DNA of 64,000 bases from Acidobacteriota bacterium. GTDB taxonomy: Bacteria > Acidobacteriota > Thermoanaerobaculia > Multivoradales > UBA5704. The notes beneath the pieces are model-generated. The model was not told the origin of the DNA. It saw only the letters and a program-made list of their open reading frames with translations, and ran no database searches. The DNA lies in contig JBDTZG010000007.1 in assembly GCA_040005235.1 (NCBI GenBank), positions 32,001 to 96,000 on the forward strand. The letters run 5' to 3'. Made by a program: the position numbers and the translations under genes. Positions 37,391-47,200 of the stretch are shown in pieces. Within the stretch, counting starts at the first letter, position 1, and every line of letters starts with the position of its first letter.

Positions 37391-37406
37391 CGGCATCGAA
37401 CTTGCT
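37391..37406 (+). promoter_or_regulatory. sigma54 promoter
   Basis: CGGCATCGAACTTGCT, GG-N10-GC, upstream of the small membrane protein. Confidence 0.5.
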
Positions 37407-37520
37407 CTTTGGCAGTGCATCTCGGCAAGGTGCTCGGGATTCAACGATGGAAAGATTCGACGGACAGCATCGGCTGGCCGATCGGTTCCCGGACTGAACG
37501 CTCTCGAAGGAGGAGTCAAA

Positions 37521-37670
37521 ATGCTTTGGACGATCGTCGTGATTCTGCTGGTGCTTTGGGTGCTGGGGCTCGTCACCTCCTACACCATGGGTGGCATGAT
37601 TCACATCCTGCTGGTCATCGCCATCGTGGTCATCCTGGTTCGCCTGATACAAGGTAGACGACCCATCTGA
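37521..37670 (+). CDS. lmo0937 family small membrane protein
   Basis: AGGAGG RBS; MLWTIVVILLVLWVLGL...GGMIHILLVIAIVV. Confidence 0.9.
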   Translation: MLWTIVVILLVLWVLGLVTSYTMGGMIHILLVIAIVVILVRLIQGRRPI

Positions 37671-37861
37671 CCCGAAGTCCTGTCTCCCGGGTCGGCCCTC
37701 TCCGCTTCGCCGCGGATCGGGGCCGGCCCGAAGCCCTCTCTCGACCTTCGGTCGGCAAGCCTTTCCGGTCCTTCTTTTCCCTGTCAGAAAATCCGGCTTT
37801 CTGAGGCGTCCGCCGCCCATCGATGGGCGCCACCGCCTTTTGTGGCAGAGTAACGGCCGGG

Positions 37862-38677
37862 ATGTATGACGAGTTCTACGGCTTTACCGAGCCACCGTTC
37901 AACCTGACACCGGATCCGCGGTTCCTGTTTTTCTCGGACCGCCATCGCGAGGCGTACAACCACGTCCTGTTCGGCCTTCAGGAGCGCAAAGGCTTCATCC
38001 AGCTGACTGGAGAGGTCGGGGCGGGCAAGACCACGATCTGCCGCGCGCTGCTCGAACAGCTCGGATCGCGCTACAAGACGGCGCTGATCCTGAATCCGAT
38101 GCTCACCTCGGCGCAGCTGATCCGCACTATCTTGGTCGAGCTGGGCCTGCCGCACCACTCGCGGATCGACCGAGTGACCGCGCTCGAAACGCTCAATCGC
38201 TTTCTGCTCGAACAGCTCGATTCCGGCAACGACGTGGTGCTGGTGATCGACGAGGCGCAGGATCTCGATGCCGAGCTGCTCGAACAGGTGCGCCTGCTCT
38301 CGAACCTGGAAACCGACCAGAGGAAGCTGCTGCAGATCGTGCTGATCGGCCAGCCGGAGCTGCGCGACAAGCTGAACGACCGGCGCCTGCGCCAACTGCG
38401 CCAGCGGATCACCGTGCGCTACCACCTCGCGCCGCTAAGCCTTGCCGAGACGGAGCAGTACGTCCAGCATCGTTTGCAGGTGGCGGGGGCCAACGGCCGG
38501 CCGACTTTCACGCGCTGGGCGATCCGGCGCATCCACCGTTATGCCGGAGGCGTACCCCGCTTGATCAACGCGGTGTGCGACAAGGCGCTGCTCTGCGGCT
38601 TCGTCCTCGGCGCCGACGAGCTGAGATTCCGCCACGTCGGGCGGGCGATCAGCGAGCTCGAAGGAGTAGCCTCTTGA
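37862..38677 (+). CDS. ExeA/GspA family AAA ATPase
   Basis: MYDEFYGF..PF..TPDP, GEVGAGKT, IDEAQ, GQPEL, LRQRI, GVPRLIN. Confidence 0.9.
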   Translation: MYDEFYGFTEPPFNLTPDPRFLFFSDRHREAYNHVLFGLQERKGFIQLTGEVGAGKTTICRALLEQLGSRYKTALILNPMLTSAQLIRTILVELGLPHHSRIDRVTALETLNRFLLEQLDSGNDVVLVIDEAQDLDAELLEQVRLLSNLETDQRKLLQIVLIGQPELRDKLNDRRLRQLRQRITVRYHLAPLSLAETEQYVQHRLQVAGANGRPTFTRWAIRRIHRYAGGVPRLINAVCDKALLCGFVLGADELRFRHVGRAISELEGVAS

Positions 38678-39474
38678 GTCTGATCGATGAAGCGCTCAAA
38701 CGCGCCCGCCACGAAGCCTCGCGCCAAGAAGCGGTAAAGCGCGACGCCGCCCGCCACGACGGCCCGCGCCCGATTCCCAGGCTCTACGCCGAGCGGCAAT
38801 CGGGTCGCGCCCCGCTCTGGGCCGGCATCGCGACGGGAGCCGTGGTGGCGCTTCTTGCGGTGATCGCCTGGCTGCTCTGGGGCCGTCCGCCCGTTGCGCC
38901 TCCGATGGCCCCGGTCGTAGTGGAGGTTCCGGAGGTCCCCGCGGGTTCCGCCACGCCGGTTCGACCGGGGCCGCCCGTTGCGGCTGTGCCCAACCCCTCG
39001 ACCCCTGCCGCGGCTCGTAAAGAAGCGGCGTCCGCGCCCAGGGTCTCCCGGTCGGAGGCGCCTTCTGTTGCCCCAGTCGCACCGGCCCCGGCGGCCTCCG
39101 CTGTCGTTCCATCTGCCGCACCGATCGGGCCCATCTCATCGCCGCTCGTTCGTGAGCAGCCCCCCAAGCTCCGCGAGTCGCCGGCCGCGGCACCGAGGCC
39201 CCCCTCGGCGCCACGCTCCGGATCAACCTCCGCCGCAGGATCGGGCTCGACGGCGGCACCTCAGACCTACGTTCGTGAAACGACCCTCCCCGGCGGCGGC
39301 CCCCACTTCCGCCTAGGCGGAATCGCCTACTCCGAAGAGGCGCCGATCGCCCTGATCAACGGTGCCGCCTTGGGCAGGGGAGAAGTGGTCGAGGGCTACG
39401 TCGTCCGTCGCATCGACGCGGCGGAAGTGGAGCTGGAAGGGCCGGGCGGGCGGGTGGTGTTGCGGTTGAAGTAG
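38674..39474 (+). CDS. ExeB/GspB-like protein
   Basis: TTG start overlapping the exeA stop; SLIDEALKR, one TM, Pro-rich linker, LGGIAYS...ALING. Confidence 0.8.
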   Translation: MSLIDEALKRARHEASRQEAVKRDAARHDGPRPIPRLYAERQSGRAPLWAGIATGAVVALLAVIAWLLWGRPPVAPPMAPVVVEVPEVPAGSATPVRPGPPVAAVPNPSTPAAARKEAASAPRVSRSEAPSVAPVAPAPAASAVVPSAAPIGPISSPLVREQPPKLRESPAAAPRPPSAPRSGSTSAAGSGSTAAPQTYVRETTLPGGGPHFRLGGIAYSEEAPIALINGAALGRGEVVEGYVVRRIDAAEVELEGPGGRVVLRLK

Positions 39475-39558
39475 GGCAGTCTGGAGGAGGCAGCCTCCCT
39501 TGAGCCGGGTGAGCTGCGACGCGCTCGGCAGCTCCCCGGCTCGATCGCCCGCTTCCGT

Positions 39559-40764
39559 TCAAATCCGGCGCTCGTTGAACTTCCCGAATAGGAAGGACCC
39601 GGAGCTGATGCCGGCCAGGAACAGAAGCTCCTTGGAGAAGGCGGGCATCTCCATGTTCGACAACACCTGCCAGACAAAGATGGCACCTAAGGCCACCGTC
39701 CAGAGGACGGCCTGCAGCCTGGCCAGGCTGGGAGCGTCGCCATCCTTGAGGAGATCGGAGAAGAACCCGACGTTCGTCTGATAGACCGGAGCCACCTTCT
39801 GTTCTCCAGCGATCTGTTGCATCCGCTGGCCGGCGGCCATGGCGTCCGCCGGTGCAGCACCGGCGGTGAGGTTGGGCCGGAGCGCGGCCACTTCATTTTT
39901 CGCTTCGTCCGCCTTGGCTTTCTCCTGTTCCTTACCCTTCTGCATGACTCCCGCGGTTGCGGTCGTGGCCACGCTGACTCCCAAGAGAATGAGCGCCTCC
40001 GGGGTGAAGCTCTCGTAATTTCCCGTCGAGACGAGGATGACGATCCAACCGGAAAAGACGATCGCGGTCCACCATGCCAGCTGCGTGCGTCCGAGGCTCC
40101 AGGGTCTGGCACCGACGGGATTGGGATTGGGATCGGGTTTGGGATCGGGTTCCTTCAAAAGACCGGGGAATATCCGGACGAGAACGAGGACCAAGAGAGA
40201 AAGACCTAGGAAGAGAAGCAGGGCCGTCGTCTTCTCCAGACGAGGCTGCGTCACTGCGACGTCTACGAGCTGAGTGATCGGGGTGGAGCAATTCGCGGTG
40301 GCGGCGGCAGTCAAAGAGACTTGGTGGCCTTCCACTGTCCCGAGAAGGTTTTTCGGCAGCGAGGAGATCTCGTACCCGAAGCGGTTCCCGCCCAGCGCAG
40401 AACTTTCCTTCGGATTGTTCTTCAGAGGAACTATCTTTCCATCGAGACAGAGATGGGGCAGGACGAGCCCGCCCTCGCCTCCCACCGTTACGATCAAGGT
40501 GTCTCCCGGGCCGAGGCAGACGACCTTCCCTGGTCCTTTCGCGCTGCCGCACCATCCGGCGTTGCGATTCGATTCGAGATCCAGCTTGCGAGGCGTCGGC
40601 GCGGCTCCCTCGTTGTTTGCCGGGTCTTTCTTCGTGCCTGGTTTAGCTGCGTCGTCCTTGGCGGATTCGGCGGGTTTCACGGGCGTGCCCGCGTTATCCT
40701 GTGGCAGAGCGAAAGCGGCGCGAACGGCGAGGAACCCGACAACGGCGAGCGGGGCGAGACGCAT
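39559..40764 (-). CDS. hypothetical multi-pass membrane protein
   Basis: Signal peptide, Cys-containing soluble domain, two SL(G/A)R.Q..WT TM-hairpin repeats. Confidence 0.75.
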   Translation of the reverse strand: MRLAPLAVVGFLAVRAAFALPQDNAGTPVKPAESAKDDAAKPGTKKDPANNEGAAPTPRKLDLESNRNAGWCGSAKGPGKVVCLGPGDTLIVTVGGEGGLVLPHLCLDGKIVPLKNNPKESSALGGNRFGYEISSLPKNLLGTVEGHQVSLTAAATANCSTPITQLVDVAVTQPRLEKTTALLLFLGLSLLVLVLVRIFPGLLKEPDPKPDPNPNPVGARPWSLGRTQLAWWTAIVFSGWIVILVSTGNYESFTPEALILLGVSVATTATAGVMQKGKEQEKAKADEAKNEVAALRPNLTAGAAPADAMAAGQRMQQIAGEQKVAPVYQTNVGFFSDLLKDGDAPSLARLQAVLWTVALGAIFVWQVLSNMEMPAFSKELLFLAGISSGSFLFGKFNERRI

Positions 40765-40798
40765 GGCGACTTCTCCTTTCCCATTTGGACGGAACCGG

Positions 40799-41443
40799 AT
40801 GGCTGCTTCCGAGCCTCAAATCCCTTGGAAAGAGACCATAGCGATCACGCCGGAGGAATCGGAGAACCTGGCGATCATCGAGCGCTACTTCGCCGTGATC
40901 CATTCGGGCGGGGATCCGTTTCCCCGTCTGGCGCCGCGGGTTGCGCTGCGCCGCCTCGCCCCAGCCGACCTCGAAGACTTTCAGGCCTACCGCTCCGATC
41001 CGGAGGTTGCCCGCTACCAGAGCTGGTCCTCGATGTCGGTAGCCGAAGCCACGGCGTTTCTCACCGAACGAGAAACTGCGCCGTTCGGCCGGCCGGGGTG
41101 GTTTCAGATCGGCATCGCTGAACGCTCAACCGGCCGTCTTGTGGGCGACATCGGCATCTGCCTGCACCGCAACGCATCCGAGCCCGCCGAGATCGGCTTC
41201 ACTCTGGCGACTCTGTGGCAGCGCCAAGGTTTGGCATCCGAAGCGGTGCGCGAAACCCTCGCCATGCTGTTCGAGAACACGGAAGTCGCCCAGGTCATCG
41301 CGATCACCGATACGCGCAACCTGGCTTCGATCCGTCTGCTCGAACGGGTGGGCTTTCTGTTGAGCCGGACGATCCCCGCCTCCTTTCGCGGCGAGCCGTG
41401 CACCGAGCACGTGTTCGTGCTGGGTCGTTCCGTCAAAACCTGA
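40799..41443 (+). CDS. RimJ/RimL-type GNAT acetyltransferase
   Basis: YRSDPEVARYQ, QRQGLASEA, NLASIRLLERVGF; start uncertain. Confidence 0.85.
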   Translation: MAASEPQIPWKETIAITPEESENLAIIERYFAVIHSGGDPFPRLAPRVALRRLAPADLEDFQAYRSDPEVARYQSWSSMSVAEATAFLTERETAPFGRPGWFQIGIAERSTGRLVGDIGICLHRNASEPAEIGFTLATLWQRQGLASEAVRETLAMLFENTEVAQVIAITDTRNLASIRLLERVGFLLSRTIPASFRGEPCTEHVFVLGRSVKT

Positions 41444-41533
41444 AGCCGGCACCCCGCCCTAGGTCGAATGAAGCTGGCCGTTGTGCGGGATGCCGCCCGG
41501 GATGCCGCCGAGGTCGTCGATAGCTTGCCGGGC

Positions 41534-42808
41534 TTAGGCGCGCACCCGCCGTCGTCGCAGGATCACGAACGCCCCGGCCGCGAGAAGCGCCGCGAGCGCC
41601 GCGAGGCCCGGGACCCCGAGGGCCGGGACGGCGAGCACTCCGGCCGAGAGATCCACCCGGTAGTCTTCGACCTCGCCGCCGCCTTGGGCCGGACCGTCGG
41701 GGCCGAGGACGCCGTTGGACGAGACGCGGAATCGCGCATAGGAAGTGCCCGTGGACAAGGTGCAGGGCACCGGGACCGAAAGCGTGTTCGCCCCGGGAAC
41801 CAGCGTGAGCCGCGTTGCGATCACTTCGCCGAAGTCGTTGAAGTCGCCATCGCGGTTCCAGTCGATCCAGGCGTCGAGCCGCTCGGTGAAGCTCGCGACG
41901 ATCGTGAGATCGGCGATCTCGCAGGCCACCAAGGGGGGGATCGTCACGCCGTCCTCGTCGTCTCCCGGCGTGGCGCAGGTGCCGGTGGTGAGGTTGCCCG
42001 GGGCGTTGTCGTCGCCCGTTCCGTCGAACGGCATGCGGGCGCCCGATTCGGAATCGACGCAGGCGCCGAGGTAGAGAGGGTTGCCTCCCACCGAGTGGGT
42101 CGGCCCGTTCGAAGCCAGAGCCGTGCCGTAACTGTCGGGCGCGTCGCCGAAATCGACCTCTTCAACCGTAAGGGTGTAGTCCTCGACCTCGCCGTCGGCC
42201 GCGGGGCCGGCCGGGCCGAGACCGCCGGCCGAGCTGATACGAAAGCGGGCGTAGGACGTTCCGGCCGAGGTGCCGCATGGCACGGGGACGTTCAAGGTGC
42301 TCGGCCCGGCCGGCACGGCGAGATTCGTCGCGATCTGCTCGCCCGCGTCGAGAAAGTCGCCGTCGCGATTCCAGTCGATCCAGGCGTCGAGCTGACCGGG
42401 CAAGCTCGCGGTGATCCCGATCTGATTCGATTGGCAGGCGACAAACGTCGAGGCGGGAAAGGTCACGCCGTCCTCGTCGTCGCCGGTATCGCAGGACCCG
42501 ATCGGCACCCCAAGGTCCGCATCGTCGCCCGTGCCGTCGAAGGGCATTCGGGCATCGTTTTCGGCGTCGGCGCAGGAACCGAGCAATAGGAGCGAATTGA
42601 ACGGATCGAGCACGTGCCGCGCGCCGTTGGCGGCGAGCGACGTGCCGTAGCTGTCGGGGGCGTCGCCGAAGTCGATCCCCCCGACTACGCCGCGGCCCAT
42701 TGCGGCTCCAATCGGTGTCGCCCCGATGGCCCCGAGCGCCGCGAGAGCGCAGAGCATTAGCGCGATGCTGCGCGCTCCGGTAAGCCTACACGCTGAAAAT
42801 CGAGTCAT
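41534..42808 (-). CDS. secreted GEVED-domain repeat protein with IPTL-CTERM-like sorting tail
   Basis: Two DFGDAPDSYGT...DDEDG...WIDWN.DGDF...GEVEDY modules; VPALG + TM + RRRR. Confidence 0.85.
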   Translation of the reverse strand: MTRFSACRLTGARSIALMLCALAALGAIGATPIGAAMGRGVVGGIDFGDAPDSYGTSLAANGARHVLDPFNSLLLLGSCADAENDARMPFDGTGDDADLGVPIGSCDTGDDEDGVTFPASTFVACQSNQIGITASLPGQLDAWIDWNRDGDFLDAGEQIATNLAVPAGPSTLNVPVPCGTSAGTSYARFRISSAGGLGPAGPAADGEVEDYTLTVEEVDFGDAPDSYGTALASNGPTHSVGGNPLYLGACVDSESGARMPFDGTGDDNAPGNLTTGTCATPGDDEDGVTIPPLVACEIADLTIVASFTERLDAWIDWNRDGDFNDFGEVIATRLTLVPGANTLSVPVPCTLSTGTSYARFRVSSNGVLGPDGPAQGGGEVEDYRVDLSAGVLAVPALGVPGLAALAALLAAGAFVILRRRRVRA

Positions 42809-42865
42809 ACGGTCTCCCCAATGTTTCCGCTCCTCGCGTGAAATCGAAGGATAGCTTTACTGCCG

Positions 42866-43687
42866 TCAGAATGGATGCTCGAAGCTCAGATAAAGAAAAA
42901 TCGCCTTCTCGCCGTCGCTCGGGCCGACGCCGATCGGGAAGGCGATGCCGGGCACAATCTGCAATCCGCTCGGGAAGTTGTACGACCAACGGATTCCCGG
43001 GCTGATCGTCAGGCTCTCGGATTTTTCGGTGCGACCTTTGGAGATCGTCGACTCCTCGTTCGCATACACGGCTTCGAGCATCAGGTTGACGCGCGGATGG
43101 ACCGCCCAGATCAAGCTCTGTCCGAACTGGGGGGTAAAGTTGTCGGCCTTGTCGCCGAATTCGTCCTCGGCGTTGGGCGTCCAGGTGAAGCCCACGTTGG
43201 TATGAGCCGAAAGATGGGGCGAAACGACCACCGATAGCGGCAAGTTCACCTGCAAGCCGGCCGCTCCCGCGCCGCGTCCCTTTTTCTCGTCGCCGGTCGG
43301 CAACAGCAGTGTGAGCCGAGGCGAAAACGCGACCGGCGCGTTGCCGTCACCGACCAGTTGGTACCGGTAGTTGATCGCAAGGTCACCCTGACCGCCGTCG
43401 CCGCCATCGATCCCACGATCCGCATGGTCCCAAGCGAGCGTGTAGCTCAGCTGGTGCTTCGGGGAGAGGAACGGCCATTCCTGGGTGAACGTCGCGTTCC
43501 AGTCGTGGCTGTCGCGATCCTGCTCCCAGGTGGTGATGTGCTGAACCACGCCCATCTCTTGGTTGTAGGCCTCTTCGATCAGGAACGAGTTGTCCTGGAT
43601 CGGCGGGACCTCGTCGGAAGCTTGAGCAAATGTCGGGGCGGCGAGCAGGAGGGCCAAAGGGAGCGAGAGGAGGGCGAGAGGGCGCAT
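42866..43687 (-). CDS. outer-membrane beta-barrel transporter (MetA-pathway phenol degradation-like)
   Basis: Signal peptide, DNSFLIEEAYNQ, LPTGD, C-terminal SFEHPF. Confidence 0.7.
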   Translation of the reverse strand: MRPLALLSLPLALLLAAPTFAQASDEVPPIQDNSFLIEEAYNQEMGVVQHITTWEQDRDSHDWNATFTQEWPFLSPKHQLSYTLAWDHADRGIDGGDGGQGDLAINYRYQLVGDGNAPVAFSPRLTLLLPTGDEKKGRGAGAAGLQVNLPLSVVVSPHLSAHTNVGFTWTPNAEDEFGDKADNFTPQFGQSLIWAVHPRVNLMLEAVYANEESTISKGRTEKSESLTISPGIRWSYNFPSGLQIVPGIAFPIGVGPSDGEKAIFLYLSFEHPF

Positions 43688-43699
43688 GCTGCAATTATC

Positions 43700-44851
43700 T
43701 CAGATCACCACTTCCCGCGCCGGCTCGCGAAGGTTGTAGTGGGAGCTCATCGAATGGCCGTAGGCCCCGGCGGTGGCAATCAGGAGGACGTCTCCCTCGT
43801 GGGTTTCGGGGAGTAGGCGATCGACTCCGAGGACGTCGCCGGTTTCGCAGATCGGGCCGACGATCTCGACCCGCGCGGTCGGGAGCTCGCCCCAGCGGGT
43901 GAGGTTCACGATCTCTTGGTGGGCGCCGTAGAGCATCGGCCGGATCAGGGAGTTCATCCCGGTGTCGACGCCGACGTAGCGGTTTTCGCCCTTGCCCTTC
44001 ACTTGAGTGACCGTCGCGAGCAGGACCCCGGCTTCGGCCACGAGGTAGCGGCCGGGTTCGAGCCAGAGTTGAAAGCGACGCCCGGAGGTTTCCAAGTTCC
44101 TGCCTAGCGCGCGAAGCGCTTCGGCGAGCGGGGCGAGATCGAGCCGCGGTCGGTTCGCCTGGTCGGGAACGCCCAGACCGCCGCCTAGATCGAGCACAGA
44201 CACCTCGGGAAAGAGCGCGGTCGCGTCCGCGAGATCGAGAGCGGTCTCGCGCCACACCTCGGGGTCGAGAATGCCGCTGCCGGCGTGGCTGTGGAGGCCC
44301 CTGATGCGCACTCCCGCGCGACAGGCGAGATCCGCCAGCTCCGGCCACTCTTCGCGCGGGATGCCGAACTTCGACTGCGCTCCGGCGGTGCGGACGTGGG
44401 AATGGTGCCCCGCGCCGCGGCCGAGATCGAGGCGGACGAAGACCTCGCGGCCGGTCAGGCTCTCCTGCCAGTGAAGGAGCGGATGCAGGCTGTCGAGCGT
44501 CAGGTGGACGCCGGTTTCCAGCGCCTGCTCGTACTCGAGGCGCGGGGCGAAATTCGGCGTGAACAGAATTCGATCCGGCGAGACCTCGGGGCAGGCTTGG
44601 AGTACGCGCTCGATCTCGCCGGGCGAGACGCTCTCGAAGCCGAGCCCGAGCCGGGCGAACCTTCGGAGGATCTCCGGGTGCGGGTTCGCCTTCACCGCGT
44701 AGAGAAGGCGATCGAACACCCCGAGCGCCGCAAGCTCCGCGGCGGCGCGGTCGAGGCTCGCGAGATCGTAGACGTAGGCGGGACTGGCCTCAGCGGCGAG
44801 TGCGAGCAGCTCGGCGCGCCGGATGAGCCACCAGGGCTCGAAGTCGTTCAC
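43700..44851 (-). CDS. lysA: diaminopimelate decarboxylase
   Basis: YAVKAN, SKFG, HSHAGSG, DLGGG, EPGRY, GPICETGD, GAYG. Confidence 0.92.
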   Translation of the reverse strand: MNDFEPWWLIRRAELLALAAEASPAYVYDLASLDRAAAELAALGVFDRLLYAVKANPHPEILRRFARLGLGFESVSPGEIERVLQACPEVSPDRILFTPNFAPRLEYEQALETGVHLTLDSLHPLLHWQESLTGREVFVRLDLGRGAGHHSHVRTAGAQSKFGIPREEWPELADLACRAGVRIRGLHSHAGSGILDPEVWRETALDLADATALFPEVSVLDLGGGLGVPDQANRPRLDLAPLAEALRALGRNLETSGRRFQLWLEPGRYLVAEAGVLLATVTQVKGKGENRYVGVDTGMNSLIRPMLYGAHQEIVNLTRWGELPTARVEIVGPICETGDVLGVDRLLPETHEGDVLLIATAGAYGHSMSSHYNLREPAREVVI

Positions 44852-44855
44852 CGGC

Positions 44856-46223
44856 TTAATGTTCCGGCAGTTCCACGGACGATTCGGACTGCACGGTGGC
44901 GCGCAGGGTTTTGACCCGATGCCCGTCGATCGCGATCACTTCGAGCAGCAGGGGGCCGAGCACGATCGAGTCGCCGACCTGCGGCACGCGGCCCAGCTCG
45001 GAAAGGACGACGCCGCCGATCGTGTCCTCGTCGCGCTCCGACAGCTCCAGGTCCAGCTCGTCTTCGAGGTCCTCGACCAGCATCGCGCCGGAGACGTGGT
45101 AGACCCCGTCGCTCCCCGCGAGCCCTTCCAGCTCCGCTGGTTCGCGGTCGAATTCGTCCTGGATCTCGCCGACGATCTCCTCGATCACGTTTTCCAGCGT
45201 GACGATGCCTGAGACCCCGCCGTATTCGTCCATCACCGCCGCCAGGTGGAACTTCTCGGCGCGCATCCGCTTGAGCAGGCGGTCGAGCTCCAGCGTTTCG
45301 GGAACGAAGACGATCGGCCGCGCAATGTCCTGGATCTTCGCGATCGGCCGGTCGGCGCGGAAAATATCCTTGATGTGGACGATCGCGATGGGGTGGTCGA
45401 GATCGCCTTCGCAAAGCGGAAAACGGGTGTGGCCGGAGCGCCGCGCGATCCGCAGGTTCTCATCCAACGGCCGTTCGGTCGACAGATAGATCACGTCGCC
45501 GCGCGGCACCATGATCTGCCGCGCCACCCGGTGCGACAGCTCGAAGATGTTGTCCAGCAGCTCGCGCTTCTGAATCGACAGGTCGCCCGCCTGCGGCCCG
45601 GAGAGAAGCAGCCGCAGCTCCTCCTCGTCGTGCGCCAGCTCGCTTTCTGATGCCGGCTGCAGGCCGACCATTCGCAGCAGCCCCTGCGCCGCCTTGTTGA
45701 GCAGCCAGATCGCCGGATAGGTCACCTTGTAGAACGCGAACAGAGGCAAGGCGATGAAGAGGCTGGTCGCCTCCGGCTTGCGGATCGCGACGGTCTTCGG
45801 CGCCTGCTCGCCGAGGACGATGTGAAGAATGGTAATCGCCAGGAACGACAGGGTCACGGCGGCCGAATGGACGAGCACCGGGTTGGTCCCGCCGGTGATC
45901 CAATCGACCACCGGGGCGACCAGCCAGGCGAAGGCCGGCTCGCCCACCCAGCCGAGCGCCAAGCTCGCGAGCGTAATGCCGAGCTGGGTGGCCGAGAGGT
46001 AGGCGTCGAGATGGCGCAGCATGTGCCGCGCGATCTCGGCGCTCTTTCCCCCTTCGGCGGCGAGAGGATCGAGCTGCGTCGGCCGCACCTTGACCAGCGC
46101 GAACTCGGCGGCGACGAAAAAACCGTTCAAGAGGATCAGGGCCGCGGCGAGCAAAAGCCCCGTCCAAGGCGCGCTAGGAGCCGCCTCGCCGGGTACAGCC
46201 GCCAGGATCAATAAAGGGATCAT
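44856..46223 (-). CDS. CNNM/CBS/CorC domain protein (hemolysin family)
   Basis: NGFFVAAEFA, QLGIT, GHTRFP, DEYGG, TIGG. Confidence 0.92.
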   Translation of the reverse strand: MIPLLILAAVPGEAAPSAPWTGLLLAAALILLNGFFVAAEFALVKVRPTQLDPLAAEGGKSAEIARHMLRHLDAYLSATQLGITLASLALGWVGEPAFAWLVAPVVDWITGGTNPVLVHSAAVTLSFLAITILHIVLGEQAPKTVAIRKPEATSLFIALPLFAFYKVTYPAIWLLNKAAQGLLRMVGLQPASESELAHDEEELRLLLSGPQAGDLSIQKRELLDNIFELSHRVARQIMVPRGDVIYLSTERPLDENLRIARRSGHTRFPLCEGDLDHPIAIVHIKDIFRADRPIAKIQDIARPIVFVPETLELDRLLKRMRAEKFHLAAVMDEYGGVSGIVTLENVIEEIVGEIQDEFDREPAELEGLAGSDGVYHVSGAMLVEDLEDELDLELSERDEDTIGGVVLSELGRVPQVGDSIVLGPLLLEVIAIDGHRVKTLRATVQSESSVELPEH

Positions 46224-46340
46224 CGGTTACAGGAGGGGGATATGCTGGGTGCCCGGCCGATCCGGCAGGCGCCAAAGCGCAGCCGAAGGGTGGTGTACGA
46301 ACTCGGAGGGTCGTCGTTCAAAGCGCGATCGAGTCTAGCA

Positions 46341-47126
46341 TTACTCCGAAAACGGCGCGCTTCTGACCCGCCCCGCGAACCCCAGCCGGCAAAGTCCAGC
46401 CAAGCGGGTATGCGAGTGCAATCCCGCATCGCACAAGAGCGTCGCGGCCAACTCCTTTGACAGCCCGAGCCGCGGATGCCGCTCGAGTACTTCTGCCCGC
46501 GTCGCCGCCGCGACCTCGCCGAAGCGCAGCCCCACGACGTCGAGCCCGGAGCCCTGGCGTAGCAGGTGCGCTTCGGGGCCTTCTTCCCTCGAAACGGTCG
46601 GATTTAGATGCAGGCAGATCGCCTCGGCAAGGATCTCGGCGCGAAGCGTGGTCCACCCCTCCCGCCGGGCGAAGCGCTCCGCCGCCTCGGCACCCGAAAG
46701 GGCGAAGCAGGCGACCTGGCCCTGCGGAGCGAATCTCTCGGTGAGGCCAAGGTCGTGCAGCAGACTCGCGACGTAGAACAGCTCGGCGTCGTACCTCACT
46801 CCGTCGCGCGCGGCGAGGAGAGCGCCCCAGAGATAGGTGCGGTGGCAATGATCGGCGAGCGCCGGGGTTGAATGTTCTGTGCAAAGGGCTGCGGCGGCGA
46901 CCGCGATCGGCGTACCCGGCAGCGGGATCTCCCCGAGCGCCAGGGCGATCTGCTTCGGACCGGCAAAACCCAGCCGGCGCAGAGCGCGTTCGGTTTCAGA
47001 ACGCAGAGTCCGGCCGATCGTCGCCCGGGCGTAGGCGAACCTCTCGCCCGCGCTTAGGCGCCCGCCATTGCGTCGAGCCCAAGCGAGCGCCCCTATGCGG
47101 CTTCGGTGATCGGATTCGTCGGTCAC
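46341..47126 (-). CDS. HD domain hydrolase (cyanamide hydratase-like)
   Basis: HCHRTY, LLHDLGL, AICLH, GSGLDV; GAGGAG RBS before GTG 47126. Confidence 0.8.
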   Translation of the reverse strand: MTDESDHRSRIGALAWARRNGGRLSAGERFAYARATIGRTLRSETERALRRLGFAGPKQIALALGEIPLPGTPIAVAAAALCTEHSTPALADHCHRTYLWGALLAARDGVRYDAELFYVASLLHDLGLTERFAPQGQVACFALSGAEAAERFARREGWTTLRAEILAEAICLHLNPTVSREEGPEAHLLRQGSGLDVVGLRFGEVAAATRAEVLERHPRLGLSKELAATLLCDAGLHSHTRLAGLCRLGFAGRVRSAPFSE

Positions 47127-47145
47127 AGGATTCTCCTCTAAGGAT

Positions 47146-47157
47146 ACGGACGTTCGT
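47146..47157. promoter_or_regulatory. putative TetR operator
   Basis: ACGGACGTTCGT near-palindrome; identical copy at 47808. Confidence 0.65.
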
Positions 47158-47200
47158 GTTTTATGGGACCCCAAGGCTACATCAGGACAGAAAAGCGCTT

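Noticed and set aside
40799-41443. This GNAT as the missing ArgA
   Set aside because: RimJ/RimL-type motifs and no link to the arg operon (17 kb away); an ArgA elsewhere in the genome is not excluded
44856-46223. Hemolysin as a virulence toxin
   Set aside because: CNNM/CorC family proteins are Mg2+/metal homeostasis proteins
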